This document shows positions 27,090 through 40,628 of a stretch of DNA of 64,000 nucleotides, one piece after another. The notes under the pieces are model-generated. The model did not search any database. It worked only from the letters and a program-made list of their open reading frames with translations, and was not told the origin of the DNA. Location of the stretch: the NCBI GenBank assembly GCA_951406725.2, contig OX597815.1, positions 53,258,001 to 53,322,000 of the forward strand. Direction: 5' to 3'. The position numbers and the translations under genes are program-made. How positions within the stretch are numbered: the first letter of the stretch is position 1; each line of letters begins with the position of its first letter. The stretch is from Octopus vulgaris. Taxonomy: Eukaryota.

Positions 27090-27562
27090 GTGCACGCATA
27101 CGAAAGTGTATATGTTTATTTGTGTGAGAATGTGTGAATGCGTGTGTATGCCTGTTTCTGTGTGCGTGTATGTGTGTGTCAATTTGCATGATTCTGTATA
27201 TGTGCATGTGTATACATTACACACACACACACACATACAAATGCGCACAGGTATACATAAAAAAAATTGTAGTTACCAAATTGTACATGTAGGAAAATTC
27301 AGTAACACCTATTAGCAAATGAAAAACGTGTAATGGTGAATAAATAAGAATAAATAATATCAAAATGTCTTCCACTCTCCTGGTTTTGTTTTTTGTTTCT
27401 TTATTATTATTCGGCAGAAAATATTTTAAAATACTTTCAACACTTATGTATACCTCACTCAACATAAACGCACAGATTTGGAATACTGAAATGAGCAGTT
27501 GTGCTTCAAGAGGACACAGCTCGGAGTTTAACCGTATCTACATCACACACATATATATATAT

Positions 27563-27690
27563 AGGCGCAGGCATAGCTGTGTGGTAAAAAGCTTGCTTCC
27601 CAACCACTTGCTTACGGGTTCGGCCTTACTGCGTAGTACCTTGGGCACGTGTCTTCTACTAAAGCCGCAGGCCGACCAAAGCGTGAGTAT
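27563..27690 (+). mobile_element. SINE family B 5' part
   Basis: ggcgcaggcatagctgtgtggtaaaaagcttgcttcccaaccac...accttgggcacgtgtcttctact. Confidence 0.8.
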
Positions 27691-27989
27691 TTGTGTATTT
27701 TAACTTGCTTTTACCTTTACATTCATAAATGGATACTCTGTGTGAGTGTGTGTTTGCTGCTTACAGTTGCGAATATTCATATGTATTGTTGTTATTATTT
27801 AACGCTGGAACATCTATCAACTTGCAGATCTATGTTCAAAGTTTGGCCTGTCTATATAGGTGTATCTAGGATGAAGTTCTTTTCACCTTTCCAAGCCAGT
27901 TGGGTGTGGTATGAGACGTGAGTGACGAGAAGTTGATAAAAGGGTATGATTCGGTGGGAAATGCACGTAGCTTCTTCACGCTAAAAGAA

Positions 27990-28003
27990 GTAGCAGCAGC
28001 AGC

Positions 28004-28049
<46 letters not shown>

Positions 28050-28062
28050 ACAGCAGCAACAA

Positions 28063-28097
<35 letters not shown>

Positions 28098-28215
28098 ATA
28101 GTAGCAGCAACAACAACAGTTGACTACTACTACCACTACTACTACTACTTCTACTACTTCTTCTACTACATCTACTACTACTACTAACAGCAAATACCAA
28201 GTAGTAGTAGTAGCT

Positions 28216-28266
<51 letters not shown>

Positions 28267-28290
28267 ATAGCAGTAGTGCTACAGTTACTA
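27990..28290. repeat. compound (GTA)n/(CTA)n/(GCA)n microsatellite
   Basis: Directly visible. Confidence 0.92.
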
Positions 28291-28734
28291 CTACTTGGTA
28301 TTTGCTGTTAGTAGTGGTGAAGGCCTTCCTATTTGATGTTGAACCCTACGACAGGTCTCGGTTAGTAAATCGCTAATCATTGGTGTTTTAGTAGGGACCG
28401 TCAAGTCTAGTTATCCAAGTGTATCTGGAACTTTGTTTTAAGTATTCTTCTTTTCCCAGATTCGAGGATGATTTGGTTTACATTTCAAGCAGAACGAGCT
28501 ACAATGTGTGAGGATTCCTTGTTGACTCGTTGAAGAAAGAGAGGAAGAATGAAACGTGGTGATGGTGGGGTGGGGTGGGGTGGGAGCTCCGTAACGCGTC
28601 TGTCAGTGAGAGGCTCTGAATAAATGACAATGACAGGCAGATACACGAACAATTATATAGACAAAGGATAAAATAAAGACAAACGAACTGAGAAACAGAT
28701 GCACAGACATATATAGATACAAACAAAAAATCTG

Positions 28735-28790
<56 letters not shown>

Positions 28791-29292
28791 ATGAAGACAT
28801 TGTAATGAGAGCCAGAGAAAATGAGGCGCAGAATAATACAAAAAGAAGCAAATACGACAGAAATAAAAAGAAATTATACAATAAATAGATAGAACACACA
28901 TATCATTTCATAACTAAATAGAAGGGTAAATAGACACATAAATAGATATATTTAACGATAAAGGAATAGATTGTTGTTTCGGTTGATAGAAATTCATACT
29001 TTGTTGATAGAAACCTATTTAGAAAATTGTTTGGACAGATTTAGAACGGTCTTTAGAAAACGAAAGTGGTAGTAATAGCAGCAAAGATAAAAATAGATAA
29101 GTCTATATACATATATACATATGTGTGTGTGTGTGTGTGTGTGTACATATATAGTGTATATGTGTGCATATAAGCATGTGTGCGTGTGTGTATTTATGCG
29201 TATATACATAGAAAAAGAGAAGGGAGAAAAGACGAAGAGATAAAAAGAAAGCAGTAGGTAGAGGAAATACAGGAACGTAAAGAGAGAAATTT

Positions 29293-29298
29293 GTTGTT

Positions 29299-29393
<95 letters not shown>

Positions 29394-29413
29394 AGCAGCA
29401 ACAACAGCAGCAA
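29293..29413. repeat. (GTA)n-(GCA)n microsatellite
   Basis: Directly visible. Confidence 0.95.
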
Positions 29414-32293
29414 CGTAATTAAAAGACAGATTTGTAAGGGAACATTGATCTACTTATAGCCTCATCGAATTAAGAACGATAATGAGTGTGTACATAAGAC
29501 AAGCCATAGAACAATCATGGAAGGGTCTACAATTTATTATAGGGCTTGTACCCAAAAAATGCACTTATCCAGAAAAATATTACTGCGAACAGAAAATACC
29601 CCAAACGACTGATAAATATATTCCTTCTGTCCCAGATGACCTTAGTACATATCTAAAATAATTAAATTAAATATTCCGGGTAGATTGTCTACAACTAAAA
29701 ATACAACTTGGATGTGGTGGTATAAAGCTTTGGAAACATTTCATATGTAATGTGTTTATACGGTAATGTGTTGCTACACGATTTTATAAACACAATTTTA
29801 CAAAAGCCTAACTCGTTACAGACTGATGTTCTGATGTTCTTACTCACTGTGTGCATGCAATTAGTCAAAAAATTTCTTTCAGGGCATACGACATTGTCTT
29901 AACTTGTTTTCAGCTCCATGAATTTATGACGGATCATAGCGTCAAAGCCGAATTCAAGAACTTTTGAAATTAATGAAGCTTTATGTACAGACGTTCGGTA
30001 ATAAGACGCAGACTTGAGGCTGGATTACCTAAATGGTTTTCTGTAAATATGATTTATAACATTCATTTACTATAAGGTTACGAATATTGGTTACGAACAG
30101 GCATAAAATTTATTTATTTCTTAAATTTGAATATAAACGATTTGATGTTAACAGAAATGAAGATTCGTGGTAAATAGTAATTTATTTGACAAGTGGCATA
30201 CTTTTTTGTTCAGGGTGTATAGGCATTTAACTGACTGCTCAGCACGTACATGTTGATTATAAACCACAAGATGATATCTTGTCATTTCAAGAAGACGATC
30301 CAGCATATGCTATCGATGATTTAATAGTGTAAATTTTATGTCAGCTTTCGAATAACGTGAGATACTACACGGATACATTACCAAGATAAATATTTCGAAA
30401 CGTCCTATGTACATATCATGTAGATTATAGTGACCTTAAATTAATCTCTACATCTGTTGAATCTATAGAAAGAGAGGACAATGAAATTCATTAGAATTAA
30501 GAAATATTTGTTAGAAATAAACAAAGATAAGGGTGAAGAGGTGTACAGTTTGATCCTGCAACCTGTATTTATATAGAATCCTGTATAATTATAACAGATG
30601 CCATCATGTGGTTGATACAGCTCAGGCTTTACAATATCTAGTTAATTGTTATAGCGTTGTAGAAGAAATTAAGACTAAGTTGGGATTTCTTCTTCATATA
30701 TCTGAGCTTAATAATTGCCTCTTAGTAACATAGGAAGAAAATTGAACTGTAGGGATTGTGTACCGTCATTTTATAAATCTAGTGTTTGGAGCACAAGCGA
30801 GTTAAGTAGAATACGCAACAGCAAGAAACTTAGATCCTTTAAAATTCATATCTAGTCTAAAACTTCGACGTCATACAGTTTTTGCACTTTTGAAATGACA
30901 TCTTTATCTCAGTTTTCAAATCCAAACCTCAGAATACACCCTGAATAGAGCCAGATTGTAAATCTGCCAGTGACACATATCACCCTTAGTCTGAATTCAG
31001 AAAACAGTGTTATGTTGATTGCGTGTTAAACAGCTGTGTGTCATCCTGTAGCGATGAACTATTCCATCGAATACGCTGTCGACCACTCCACCGTACGTAT
31101 ATAGTCGCCCCTCCTAACACAAGCACTGGTGTGTGTGTGTGATCGTGTATGATGTGTGTGTATGTGTTTGGGGGTGTTGGGGGCTGTACATATATAGAAA
31201 AATACATATGCAGTCTCATAAAACATTACTTAAATGCATACATGCATCTTTATATATATATCCGTATAAGTACATCTGAAATCCCATGACACTGCATAAA
31301 CATATATACTTAAATATAGTCTAAGACTCCAAGTAGCAATGAAAAAGCTTTATAAAAAAGTGCATTAAAGAAAAAAAACACAATATAAAACATGCATTAA
31401 ATTGGAAGTAGTACACAGAATAACAAAAAAAAAATAGTAACATCAGCAAGAATATAAAATATAAACAAAGGAAACAAAAATACAAAAAAACAACGTTCAA
31501 AAAGAAAATAAGAAATACACATCCAGAGAAAATGGCTGCCATATTACCCTATTAATTGAAACGGTGGTGTTCCTGATCAAGTGTGTAATGGATATTTGAT
31601 GCAGGCGTCGTACATCGGGACATACTGATTCATTTAACGTTCTATACCACCATCACTTCTTCCCTGTCTAACACCGGAAGGGTCAATGGCCAAATAGACG
31701 CCTGACTAACCTTTTTTCACGCGTCAGTTCTTTCCCTTGTAAAGCGCCCCACCCCACTTTGCACAAGCTTGCTTTTCCGAACCTAAACGAAGACCTAAGA
31801 CACTCCATTCTATTTCTGTCGTCAGCTTTCAACACTCTGTCCTCTTCTTTCTTTCATTGAATACTTCTTATCACTCTTCCATATTTTAAATCTCCCTTTC
31901 CCTCATTAAATATGCGCATGCGCGCGCATACACGAGTACACACATTACACATATGGATGCATATGTACGCAAGTAGTATGTGTATATACATATGTGCATA
32001 TATCTGTTTATACACACACGCACGCGCACACACACACACATACACACACACACAAACACACACATACACACACACATATATACACATCAATTAATATGAA
32101 CATATGTGCACAGCATACACATGCATATACCAACACATGCATCTGGACACTTCGCATCTATCTATCTATCTATATATCTATATATCTATCTATCTACTTA
32201 TCTATCTTTCTAATATAATTTAAGGCACATACACTCACACTCTCTTTGTCTGTCTCTGTCTCTGTCTCCGCCGGTCTGTTTCTCTGTCTGTCT

Positions 32294-32498
32294 TATTTCT
32301 TTACTGCCCATAGGGGGATAAACATAGAGGGGACAAACAAGGTCAGATAAAGTGCTTAACTAGTACTTATTTAATCGACCCCGAAAGGATGAAAGGCAAA
32401 GTCGACCTCGGCAGAATTTGAACTCAGAACTAAAGACAAACGAAATACTGCTAAGCATTTCGTCCGGCGTGCTAACATTTCTGCCAGCTCACCGCCTT
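32294..32498 (-). mobile_element. SINE family A (tail-b)
   Basis: Family A motifs; tail as in 18210-18440 and 24749-24981. Confidence 0.85.
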
Positions 32499-32954
32499 TG
32501 TCTGTCTGTCTGTCTCTCTTCTGTCTCGCTGTCTGTTTCTCTCTCTCTCTTTCACACACGCGCGCGCGCATAATACTGCACGCACGTATAATACTGTAAA
32601 AATTAAGTTAATTTTCTCAGTCGTTCTCATGAAGCCGATAAAATGTATTACTAGTCAAGTACTGGGGTCCATTTTCTCACCAGCTTTGTATTTCCTAACG
32701 AATGTGGCCTTGTGAGACGAAGTCATAATTCAGTGGTGGGTTAGAAGAATCATTACAACGTCGGTCACAACGCTTTGTGACATGTAATTACGGTTATTTT
32801 ATATTCTGAGTTCAAATCCAGCTGTGGTCAACCTTGCCTGTGGAGTTCTATAATATAAACTACTGGGGTCCATGCTATTGACTAATGCCATCCCCTCAGA
32901 ATTGCTGTGTCTAAAATATTATAATTTTTTAATTAATAATAAAGTGATAATCAT

Positions 32955-33171
32955 TATTTTTCTACTATAGGCACAATGCCTGAAAGTTTCTGCAGGAGGG
33001 TGCGAGCCGATTATATCGATCCCAGTGCTCAACTGGTACATATTTCATCGACCCTTAACGATGGAAGGCAAAGTCGACATCGGCGAAATTCGAACTTAGA
33101 ACGTAAAGCCAGAAGCAATGTCGCGAAGCATTTTGTTCCACGCATGAACGATATTTTCAGCTCACTGCCTT
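32955..33171 (-). mobile_element. SINE family A
   Basis: Family A motifs; abuts a (TAA)n tract. Confidence 0.8.
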
Positions 33172-33216
33172 GATAATAATAATGATAATAATAATAATAT
33201 TAACAACAACAACAGC

Positions 33217-33268
<52 letters not shown>

Positions 33269-33282
33269 GCGGCAGCAGCAGC

Positions 33283-33316
<34 letters not shown>

Positions 33317-33343
33317 ACAATAATAATAGTAATAATAATAATA

Positions 33344-33857
33344 GGCTCTCATGGATTCTGATCTTAACTGATTGGAAGTGCTATCATGTCATTGTATAAT
33401 CTTGGTATAAAGTATGGGCTGCAGCAAGTATTCAGCTCAATACCACAGATTTGCTTGTCAGTTGTTTGACCATAACCAGCTGGTTGACAATATGTGCATC
33501 TCTGATCACAAGTAGAAGTAGTGGGGAGAATCATAGCCACGTGTTGAGAGGAATTCTTTGGACTTTGGATAATTCACCTTTGGAAAGATGGGTGTTTCAT
33601 TCAACATCCTTAAACAACCCTTATTCAGGGACTTTTTGAGCGGAATGGGGTACTCAACCAGAAGAAAATTCTAACTGGGCCCCCACCTGCAAGGTCATGC
33701 CCTGTTAATCTTGATATGAGATCACCATGTCGCGCACATATGGTTGTGATGCATGTGTCTGGAGTACTCTTATCAGACGGGTAGTCATGATGGGTATACT
33801 GGACTTCGTATAATTTACCCCAGTGTCACTTTGATGGCATGCACTGCTCTCTCATTC
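33344..33857 (+). mobile_element. non-coding insertion precisely bounded by (TAA)n; probable 3' UTR or non-autonomous TAA-targeting retroelement
   Basis: 514-bp higher-complexity block with sharp TAA boundaries and no recognisable ORF, within an array of R4 elements. Strand is inferred. Confidence 0.5.
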
Positions 33858-33985
<128 letters not shown>

Positions 33986-35090
33986 GCAAAGGAATATCTA
34001 AGTGAATTCCGAATACAACCAATTTCGGAATTAGAGATAGATATACAAGAAACAAGCACAGAAAAAGCCGTGCCAAAACTGCGGCCTTAGATATTCTGAA
34101 TAATAAATGGCAAGAAAAACCTCTCTATGGCAAATACCCAAAGAGAGCGAATAATGCAGATATCGACAAAGCCCTGACCCATCAATGGCTAATGGCCGCT
34201 GGCTTAAAATCTGAAACAGAGGGGTTTATCATAGCAGCTCAAGATCAATGCCTACCAACAAGAAACTACCAGGCCAACATATTAAAGATCAGAAGCAGTC
34301 CAACGTGTCGTGTATGCAAGCAACAAAATGAAACCATTGACCATGTTGTCTCCAAGTGCAGTCTTCTAGCGCCTACAGAGTATCTCAACAGGCACGATAG
34401 AGCTGCACAATATATTCACTGGGTAATCTGTAAAAACCTGGATTTGCCCCATGAAAAAAACTGGTGGGAACACAAACCACCCCCAGTGCTTGAAAATGAC
34501 CACATCTCACTCCTCTGGAACTTCACCATTCAAACTGACAGGAAGATAGATGCAAATAGGCCAGACATCATATTGAAAGACTTCAAACAAAGAACATGCC
34601 TCCTCATTGATATGACTGTCCCAATCGACATAAACGTATCTGTCAAGACCTACCAAAAACTGAGCAAATATAAAGATCTTGAAATAGAAATCAGCAAAAT
34701 GTGGAAGCTGAAGACTAAAACAATACCTGTTGTCATAGGTGCCCTGGGAATGATAGCAAAAGGGGCTGATTGCTACCTAACTCAGATACCAGGAAACCCA
34801 AAAATGGCAGAAGTTCAAAAGATAGTGCTCATGGGAACTGCTCATATCCTACGCAAAATACTCTCTATGTAATCTCAAGGTTTAAAACAAACATAATCTT
34901 CGGTTTAAAAAAAAAAAACAACTTTTTCTTTCTTTTTTTTTAGACATTCATTAGTACAACATCCCCACCCCCCAAATATATGGCACACTAGGCATAACAA
35001 CAACATGGACTTCCAACCCTGTTGTCTCTTGAGGTCTCTGGGTGAGACTTGGAGCCAACTTGTACAAATATAAAGCAAAAGTCAAACATA

Positions 35091-35091
<1 letters not shown>
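33986..35091 (+). mobile_element. R4/Dong-type RLE retrotransposon, 5'-truncated, young (subfamily 1)
   Basis: Bounded by (TAA)n on both sides; nearly identical to 42704-43684; contains an intact C-terminal ORF. Confidence 0.93.
34192..34872 (+). CDS. C-terminal CCHC zinc knuckle + restriction-like endonuclease of an R4-clade element (partial ORF)
   Basis: ETEGFIIAAQDQ, CRVC..ETIDHVVSKC, RHD, RPDII, LIDMTVP, KLSKYKDL, IPVVIGALG; no stops. Confidence 0.88.
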   Translation: MAAGLKSETEGFIIAAQDQCLPTRNYQANILKIRSSPTCRVCKQQNETIDHVVSKCSLLAPTEYLNRHDRAAQYIHWVICKNLDLPHEKNWWEHKPPPVLENDHISLLWNFTIQTDRKIDANRPDIILKDFKQRTCLLIDMTVPIDINVSVKTYQKLSKYKDLEIEISKMWKLKTKTIPVVIGALGMIAKGADCYLTQIPGNPKMAEVQKIVLMGTAHILRKILSM

Positions 35092-35166
<75 letters not shown>

Positions 35167-35194
35167 AACAACAACAACAACAACAACAACAACA

Positions 35195-36366
35195 AAACAA
35201 TGACAGAATTTAGGATGCTTTTCCCCAAATCTGACACAGAAAGATTATATATACCACGTATGGAAGGTGGTAGAAGCCTCATACAGCTAGAAAACTCTTA
35301 CAAAATAACCACTATAAGACAGAAATACCTACATCAGAAGGAAAGAAAACTAATACAAATAGCCACAAAACATGAACAAAAAGAAATTCAGTTTTTAAGG
35401 AAGCTGACAAATACAAAAATGAAGGCATAGTACCTATCAACTATGAAGAAAAGAAGAAACAACAAAAGTTGTAAAATAACTGAAATCCAAACTAAAACTG
35501 GAACATCAACGGATCATGATAAAATGATGACAAGAATAGCCCCTTCATGGCAAATACTGGATTAAACTAAACAAAAAAAGACATAGACAAAACAAAATCC
35601 CAACAATGGCAGAAAAGCTCAGGACTCAAAGCAGAGACTGAAGGATTTTTAGCTGCAACACAAGACCAAATCCTTCTCACTAGAAATTACCAAAAACATG
35701 TAATCAAAAGAAATACAACAACTAACTGCAGAATATGTGGAGATGGACAAGAAACAATAAACCATATTGTCTTTGGCTGCCCAGTTCTGGCTAAGCAGGA
35801 ATATATTCACAGACACGACAAAGTTGGGATCTACATATACTGGAAGCTGTGCCAACATTATGGAATAACAATGGGAAAATGATGGTATAAGTACACGCCA
35901 GAAAAGGTTACGGAAAATGAGAAAGCAACCATACACTGGTATATGCCAATACACACTGATAGAGAAATTAGATAGGCCGGATATAGTTGCCAGAGATCAT
36001 CAAGAAATAAAATGTGTTTTAATTGATGTATCAATACCAACATATGTTTCTCTAAAACAAACGGAGAAACTTTCAAAATACAGAGACCTGGAAATAGAGG
36101 CAACTCGAATGTGGACTTTAAAAAAATATTCTTATCATTAAGTGTGATAAAAAATACTCAGACAAATACATAACAAAAGCATCAGGATTAACAAGTATAT
36201 GTAACATTAAAAAAGTTGCACTACTAGGCATTGCGCACATCCTACGTAAAACACCTTTCAATACAGTAAAAATGAGAGCATCACAACAAACCACAGCACA
36301 TACCCAAGGCGCACAGAGCTGCGGTCGGTAGTGCAGCGAAAGCACTTGATAATAATAAGACTACCG
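35195..36366 (+). mobile_element. R4/Dong-type element, 5'-truncated, frameshifted (subfamily 2)
   Basis: PKSDTERLYIPRMEGGRSLIQLE, PLHGKYW, GLKAETEGF, CRIC..ETINHIVFGC, RHDKVG, RPDIV, LIDVSIP; TAA/CAA flanks. Confidence 0.9.
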
Positions 36367-36373
36367 AATAATG

Positions 36374-36412
<39 letters not shown>

Positions 36413-36414
36413 GC

Positions 36415-36452
<38 letters not shown>

Positions 36453-36487
36453 TAATAATAATAGCAATAATAATAATAATTACATTA

Positions 36488-36868
36488 ACAATGCGAATAC
36501 AAAAGACGTCATGACAATGTGGCAAAAATGGTCCATTAGAAACTCTGTTGAAATCAGGGCCTACAAAGATCAAATTGTTATCCGCAAACTCCAGAAGGAG
36601 TCCCGAAAATGAGAATTGCAAAATCCTGTGCGATGTAATGATCCAGTGCGGCCCCCTAACCAGACATTGGAAACCGGAAATTGTTGTGAATAAAAAAGAA
36701 AGAACATGTATGATAATTGGCATAGGTGACGACAGGATCAGTGTGAAAGAAGAAAAATAAACAACTATGACGATTTAAAGTGGGTAATACGAAAGCTGTG
36801 GTCAATGAAGAGAGTGGACGATACCAATAATAACTGGTGCACTTGGAAGTATCAGCACTCAACTACCA
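36488..36868 (+). pseudogene. R4/Dong-type endonuclease fragment (subfamily 4)
   Basis: EYKRRHDNVAKMVH, ENENCKILCDVMIQC, KPEIVVNKKERTCMII, IPIITGALG; follows (TAA)n. Confidence 0.75.
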
Positions 36869-36872
36869 TGGT

Positions 36873-37160
<288 letters not shown>

Positions 37161-37369
37161 ACGGCGACAATAAAGGTGGTAGTGATACTGATGGCTTTGT
37201 TGATGGCGGCGATAATAGTGATGATTTTTTTTCTTTACATACGATAGGAACTCTAGATAACGGCAACATTACAAGGTAGATTCGTAGATTCACAATTTAT
37301 GTGAAAGTGGGGAAGGAGAAATGAGATAGCAGCTGCATACATTGGACAATATATGTGAACTCATGCATG

Positions 37370-38190
37370 ATGCAGGCCTCTGATACAGGGGAACCTCCAC
37401 TAGGGCCAATCAACGAACACCTCAAGTCCAGGATAACCCTGATCACCAAGGGCATAAGCTCTTGTTATTCTCTACTATACAGGCATATTCTTGAATTAGA
37501 TTCATTGGCTCTAATCATTTTTGCTATAGCCATTCTTCACCACCCTTACATTCTAAGTAGAACTAAAAAAAAAACGATGTGGGCTTGAGAAGAGAAGAAA
37601 TTATCTGTCCTCAATCGTTTCAGTATCCTCCATCACACAACCTCTTTCGACACAGCTACCAGACAGTGGAGCGCTGCCTACCTTGCTTTCTAAACGGTGA
37701 GTGATTGGCCGATCTACACGACGAACTCGACCGGTAGCTGGATTCGTCCTACAGGTGACAACATCTGTTTAACATAACCTTACAAGTCAACAATGCTCTT
37801 ACACTGCACAAATGCATGCAGTACGGTTTCGTCGCTTTGCGCATATCTCAAGTAATCCCAAATGACAACAGTTCCATGTTTGCAGAGTTTATCTCGACCC
37901 GGTAGTATCACTCGCTCCCATTAATTGTCTAGTTATTTTTTCAAGTTAATCATGGTATTCTCCGGCCTGTAAAAATCGTCCGAAACAACCAGCTGTTTCG
38001 CCCTCTTTGATGTCTAGTTTATCCGAGAACCTCATTGAACTTACTCATTACTCTACCTATTGCCAACGTAGAATTTCCACCGAACTCATTGTCCGCTTAA
38101 GCGCCTAGGAATTGCCATCCGCAATGTCATTTGTTGAATGCCTAACGATAGTTCTAATGCCAGGTCTTCACTTGACTCAGGACTACAACT
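37370..38190 (-). pseudogene. Tx1/L1-like ORF2 C-terminal remnant
   Basis: Minus-strand translation LPGRDKLCKHG..QSDETVLHAFVQCKSIVDL*GYV..LVAVSKEVV*W resembles the L1/Tx1 zf-RVT region; related to 55989-57330. Confidence 0.7.
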
Positions 38191-38444
38191 CCGTTAATTG
38201 AAGGGCTTCGGAAAAAAGTGTCTGTCTTACAAACAGAGAGCACACCTGGTCACGGTACAAGTTGCGATTATCTATATACACAATCGGCTAAATAAATATA
38301 CATTCATACATACATACATACATACATACATACATCCGTGCGTACGTACACACATTTATACATACATACATACATACATACATACATACATACATACATA
38401 CATACATACATACATACATACATACATGTGTTTATCTCTCACAC

Positions 38445-38525
38445 ACATCGCCTGGTTTGAGATTCCAACCCGCGATCCCTCGATCGTGTGTCTGCTGCTC
38501 TAACCACTAGGCCATGCGCCTCCAC
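38445..38525 (-). mobile_element. SINE family C head
   Basis: Reverse complement ggaggcgcatggcctagtggttagagcagcagac...cgcgggttggaatc matches 5218-5290. Confidence 0.75.
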
Positions 38526-38613
38526 CTCTCTCTCTCTCTCTCTCCCTCTCTTTCTATCTATTTATCAATCAATATATATATATATATATTTATAAGGAAA
38601 GAGACATAGATAT

Positions 38614-38664
38614 AGTCTTACAGCTGTTTCTGGGATATTAAGGATATCCCTTCATCAGAGGCGA
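38614..38664 (-). ncRNA. minimal type I hammerhead ribozyme (PLE-type)
   Basis: Minus: cgcct CTGATGA A GGGATAT-cctta-ATATCCC A GAAA CAGCTG TA agact; intact core, 7-bp stem II, palindromic stem III, stem I partly mismatched. Confidence 0.75.
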
Positions 38665-38761
38665 TGTAACATGGTTAAATAGAGGTGAATTGAGTTCGAA
38701 ACAAGGAATATATATGTGTATATATATGCATGTATATATATATATGTATGTATGCATGTAT

Positions 38762-38796
<35 letters not shown>

Positions 38797-38823
38797 CATG
38801 CATACACACACACGCACAGAGAA

Positions 38824-38854
<31 letters not shown>

Positions 38855-39080
38855 GACTCCTCACTCGTATTATTATCGAACCAAGTGTTTAACTACGGCC
38901 CTTCCATAACACTTATATAATCTTTCCTGCCGCCTTGGGTCTTCTGGATACCAATAACTCTCATATATATATATGTGTGTGTGTGTGTGTGTATTTATAC
39001 ATACATATATGCATATGGATGTATACTGTTAAACAGATGGATAGAACTTGATAAACAGACGGACAGACAGACAGACAGAC

Positions 39081-39134
<54 letters not shown>

Positions 39135-40267
39135 GTAAAAAATAATTGAGAACACAAAAGTATGTATTACAAATTATTAGATAAATAAGAGGCAGAGTAA
39201 ACGGGTGGGGATAGGAAGACAAGCAAATATATGGGGGAAGCAGTTATAAACATTCTGAAAGAGAGGGAGAAGGAGAGAGAAAGAGAGAGAGGGAAAGAAA
39301 GAAAGGGAAAGAAAGAGAGAGAAAGATTGAGAGAGATAGATAAAGTGCACTTAATAAGGCAAAGGGAATGAATGACAGAACGACAGACAGCGACAGCCTG
39401 TGAAAATATAGGATCGGTTTTGTTTTGTCCATTGATATTTTTTAACATTGTTTTAACATGATATATTCATTATTTAGTTAAACGTTGAATACTCTTAAAA
39501 CTTTAATTTCTCTAATTCCCTTTGCTATCTCCACTTCCCCGTTATCTACTCCCATCACACTCCATTCATCATTTAATTTCCTATTTCCTCCTCCGACTCA
39601 CCTCCTTCAATTTCTAGTTCTGTATTCTTCACTTAATTTGCCCGTCGTTTGCTCTTATTTATCACTTATTTCCCTTCTTCAATCCACTATTATTTCCCCA
39701 TTTTATCCCCGTCTTTTCCCACGTATCACGTCATTGTTTTCTTATCTTACTCGTACTCTGCTGTCAAATGTGTTGTGTTGTACAAGAGAACGGAATGAAA
39801 GCAAAATGTCTGGTGGACAGATGCTGACAAAACGCACAAAACATCCACCCTCGATAGATTCGTCCATGCGCAGATCACCACTAACGGTTATTAAATTAAG
39901 ATGCACTCTACAATACTGCTTTCTTCTTATTCTTCAGAAATCTCAACGCATGCAAAAGGAATATTTCATAGTGACCAACAGGACATCGTTTTTATGGCGA
40001 CACGTGTCTAATTCAAAAAGACCTCTTCATATTGGACACTTGCTACCGAATAAAACTACATTGGATTGATGTTTTTGTGTCTCCTGATCCTATGATCCCA
40101 TATCCACTTCAACTGTCAAATGCTTTGTAACAATATTTATTTACTGAATATCATTGATATTTTGAAACTGGAAAATATTCTGTTCTTTCGGGACTACAAC
40201 TGCAGCAACGATACAAAATTTATAATGACTACTACCAGAACACACACACACACACACACATATATAT

Positions 40268-40300
<33 letters not shown>

Positions 40301-40414
40301 AAACATTAGTTATTACCACTCTTCCTACCGCCACATCAACTACTGCTAATACAATCAATCTAAGTATAAAAAAAAAGAAGAAATAAACAATGAATTTGAG
40401 ACTCCATAACGATT

Positions 40415-40628
40415 ATTGATTCCAAATTTTTTCACAGGGCTAGCAATTTCGGGGGAGGGGGTAAGTTGACTACATCGACCCCAGTGTTCAGCTTGTATTT
40501 ATTTTATTGACTCCGAAATGATGAAAGGTAAAGTCGACCCCGGTGATATTTGAGCTCAGAACGTAAAGTCGGAAATGCCGCTAAGCATTTTTCCCGGCGC
40601 GGTAACGATTCTACCAGCTCACTGCCTT
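40415..40628 (-). mobile_element. SINE family A
   Basis: Family A motifs. Confidence 0.82.

Noticed and set aside
30330-30830. Possible very old RTE-like RT remnant (also ~16840-16960)
   Set aside because: Only faint motif resemblance by eye; cannot be supported without a profile search.
39485-40069. 194-aa ORF
   Set aside because: Non-ATG start, arises from a pyrimidine-rich low-complexity tract, no recognisable motif.
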